Assembly (NCBI GenBank): GCA_030390025.1 | Contig: CM059432.1 | Span: 26,662,001 to 26,726,000, forward strand | DNA from: Squalus acanthias | Lineage: Eukaryota | Direction: 5' to 3' | DNA length: 64,000 bases | In this document: piece after piece, positions 61,760 to 64,000 of the stretch | How the letters are laid out: each line of letters opens with the position of its first letter | Position numbering within the stretch: the first letter of the stretch is position 1 | Made by a program: the position numbers and the translations under genes | Notes under the pieces: model-generated | The model's input: the letters and a program-made list of their open reading frames with translations, nothing else | What the model was told of the DNA's origin: nothing | Database searches by the model: none

Positions 61760-62470
61760 CGTCCCCTTGACATTCAACGGCATTACCATCGCCGAATCCC
61801 GGCAACATCCTGGGGGTCACCATTGACCAGAAACTTAACTGGACCAGCCACATAAATACCGTGACAACAAGAGCAGGTCAGAGGCTAGGTATTCTGCGGC
61901 GAGTGTCTCACCTCTTGACTCCCCAAAGCCTTTCTACCATCTACAAGGCACAAATAAGGAGTGTGATGGAATACTCTCCACTTGCCTGGATGAGTGCAGC
62001 TCCAACAACACTCAAGAAGCTCAACACCATCCAGGACAAAGCAGCCCGCTTGATTGGCACCCCATCCACCACCTTAAACATTCACTCCCTCACCACTGGC
62101 GCATCGTGGCTGCTGTGTGTATCATCTACAAGATGCACTGCAGCTACTCGCCAAGGCTTCTTCGGCAGCACCTCCCAAACCCACGACCTCTACCACAAGG
62201 GCAGCAGTCTCATGGGAACACCACCACCTCCAAGTTCCCCTCCAAGTCACACACCATCCTGACTTGGACATATATCGCCGTTCCTTCATTGTCGCTGGGT
62301 CAAAATCCTGGAACTCCCTCCCTAACAGCACTGTGGGAGTACCATCACCACATGGACTGCAGCGGTTCAAGAAGGCGGCTCACCATCACCTTCTCAAGGG
62401 CAACTAGGGATGGGCAATAAATGCTGGCCTTGCCAGCGACGCCCACATCCCATGAAGAATAAAAAATAAA
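61760..62470 (+). mobile_element. 3' part of the LINE family at 45103-48365
   Basis: LSTIYKAQIRSVMEYS; same tail GGGCAATAAATGCTGGCCTTGCCAGCGACGCCCACATCCC. Confidence 0.9.
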
Positions 62471-63451
62471 AAAGGATCAGGGTGGGGGGAACTTCAGCAT
62501 CAGAAAGGGCTCCCAGATTTACTGGTACTTCACTGGATGACCTTCTAGTAGAAATAAGGTCCAGAATATCAGGTCTCCTGGGGACACAGAGTAGGAAACT
62601 GCCACATAGTGCAGGAAGGTTACATAGCTTCACATGATTGGCCAAGGTAAGAGATAGCACTGTTCCACTAGCACCTACTTTAAAAATGATAGAAGCATGA
62701 ATTACCTCCTTGCCTCTCATCGGGAACAAAGGGACATAGAAATTGCTAGATGAAAAAAATGACCATGGTCCATGCCACATTGGGTTTTTCTCTTGAAGGT
62801 GAGATATTTAAATAGAGCCTGCACGTGTCATAACAATGGTGTGTATGTAAACATATGGGTGATAAGAAGTATCGCTTAACTCTGTATTCTCATGACAAAG
62901 GAAAAGGTAGTGCACAGCCAGTGCAACAGGAGGACAAACACCAATCTTGAAAACTTTGGAGTAAAAATTTGCCTGTGCCTATTTTTGGGACCAGACCAGC
63001 GCTGCACACCAGAGCACACCCACACCAAGAAGCCCGAGGATCAATAGAAATTGGACGCGAAACGTCAATTTAGGGCCACCAACTCAGCGACAGCGGTCCT
63101 CAGGTAATTCCTGGGAGGTGGGTTGGACTGGGCAATCGTGACACCTGTGGAGTCGGGGAAGAACTCTTTGTGGCTCCATAATAAGTGATTTATTTTAAAA
63201 CAAAAAACATTGCCGAAGGTGTGCTGAATAATCCTGAGCGGGGCAGGCCCGACGCTCATCACTGAGTAATTTTGAAAAGGGGTCCCTCCCAAAATGAGTC
63301 CTTGGAGGCTTCTCAGCCACCTACCTCTCAACCTCACTTTAGTCAGGGAGCACCTCGTAGAAGTAGTAGGTTAGGAGCAAGAGCAAGTAAGGTAGTGTAA
63401 GACGTGTGGGATTACCCCTCGCCCCGTCCAACTGGTTATAGAGTTCGGACT

Positions 63452-64000
63452 TGAGACTGGTTGGCGGACAGAAAGCAGAGAGTAGGAATTAATGGGTCTT
63501 TTTCCAAGTGGCAGGCAGTGACTAGTGGGGTACCGTAGGGATCGGTCCTTGGACCCCAGCTATTCACAATATACATTAATGATCTAGATAAGGGAACTAA
63601 ATGTAATATCTCCAAGTTTGCAGATGACACAAAGCTGGGTGGGCGTGTGTGCTGCGAGGAGGATACCGAGAAACTCCAGGATGATTTGGACAGGTTGGGT
63701 GAGTGGGCAGAAGCGTGGCAGATGCAATATAATGTGGATAAATGCGAGGTTATCCACTTTGGTGTCAAAAACAGAAAGGCAGACTATTATCTGAATGGCA
63801 ATAGAATGGGAGAAGGGGAAGTGCAACGATACCTGGGTGTCCTTGTGCACCAGTCGCTGAAGGTAAGCATGCAGGTGCAGCAGGCGGTGAAGAAGGCAAA
63901 TGGTATGTTGGCCTTCATAGCGAAAGGGTTTGAGTATAGGAACAGGGATGTCCTGCTGCAGTTGTACAGGGCCTTGGTGAGACCACACCTTGAGTACTGT
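63452..64000 (+). mobile_element. CR1 LINE 5'-truncated, runs off window end
   Basis: RT region similar to 710-1258; one TAG at GVP*GS. Confidence 0.92.

Noticed and set aside
542..63988. Numerous antisense and alternate-frame ORFs of 60-150 aa in the ORF track
   Set aside because: Shadows of LINE, Harbinger and MITE sequence; they recur only because the repeats recur.

Overview
Eukaryotic vertebrate DNA, most likely a cartilaginous fish (inferred from the repeat repertoire). Most of the window is transposable element sequence and no host gene could be confidently identified. It holds many CR1 LINE copies (one near full length with zinc-finger/SGNH-esterase ORF1 and APE-RT ORF2, one with an uninterrupted RT frame), L2 and RTE LINEs, and tRNA-derived SINEs (DeuSINE-like, LF-SINE-like, MetaSINE-like). 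There are two full-architecture but defective PIF/Harbinger transposons (3-exon Myb/SANT gene convergent with a DDE transposase) and many Harbinger-type MITEs, two solo LTRs, and four Penelope-like insertions, three with minimal hammerhead ribozyme motifs. Most notable: (i) a single-ORF LINE with a tRNA-like Pol III head and SINE core as its 5' end, plus a matching short bipartite derivative; (ii) Penelope hammerheads showing base-pair covariation, with one fragment starting at the predicted cleavage site; (iii) a 1.7-kb solo LTR with a 4-bp TSD inside a transposase; (iv) an RTE flanked by a ~125-bp direct repeat. Family names are from motif recognition and memory, not database searches. Boundaries of degenerate copies are approximate.
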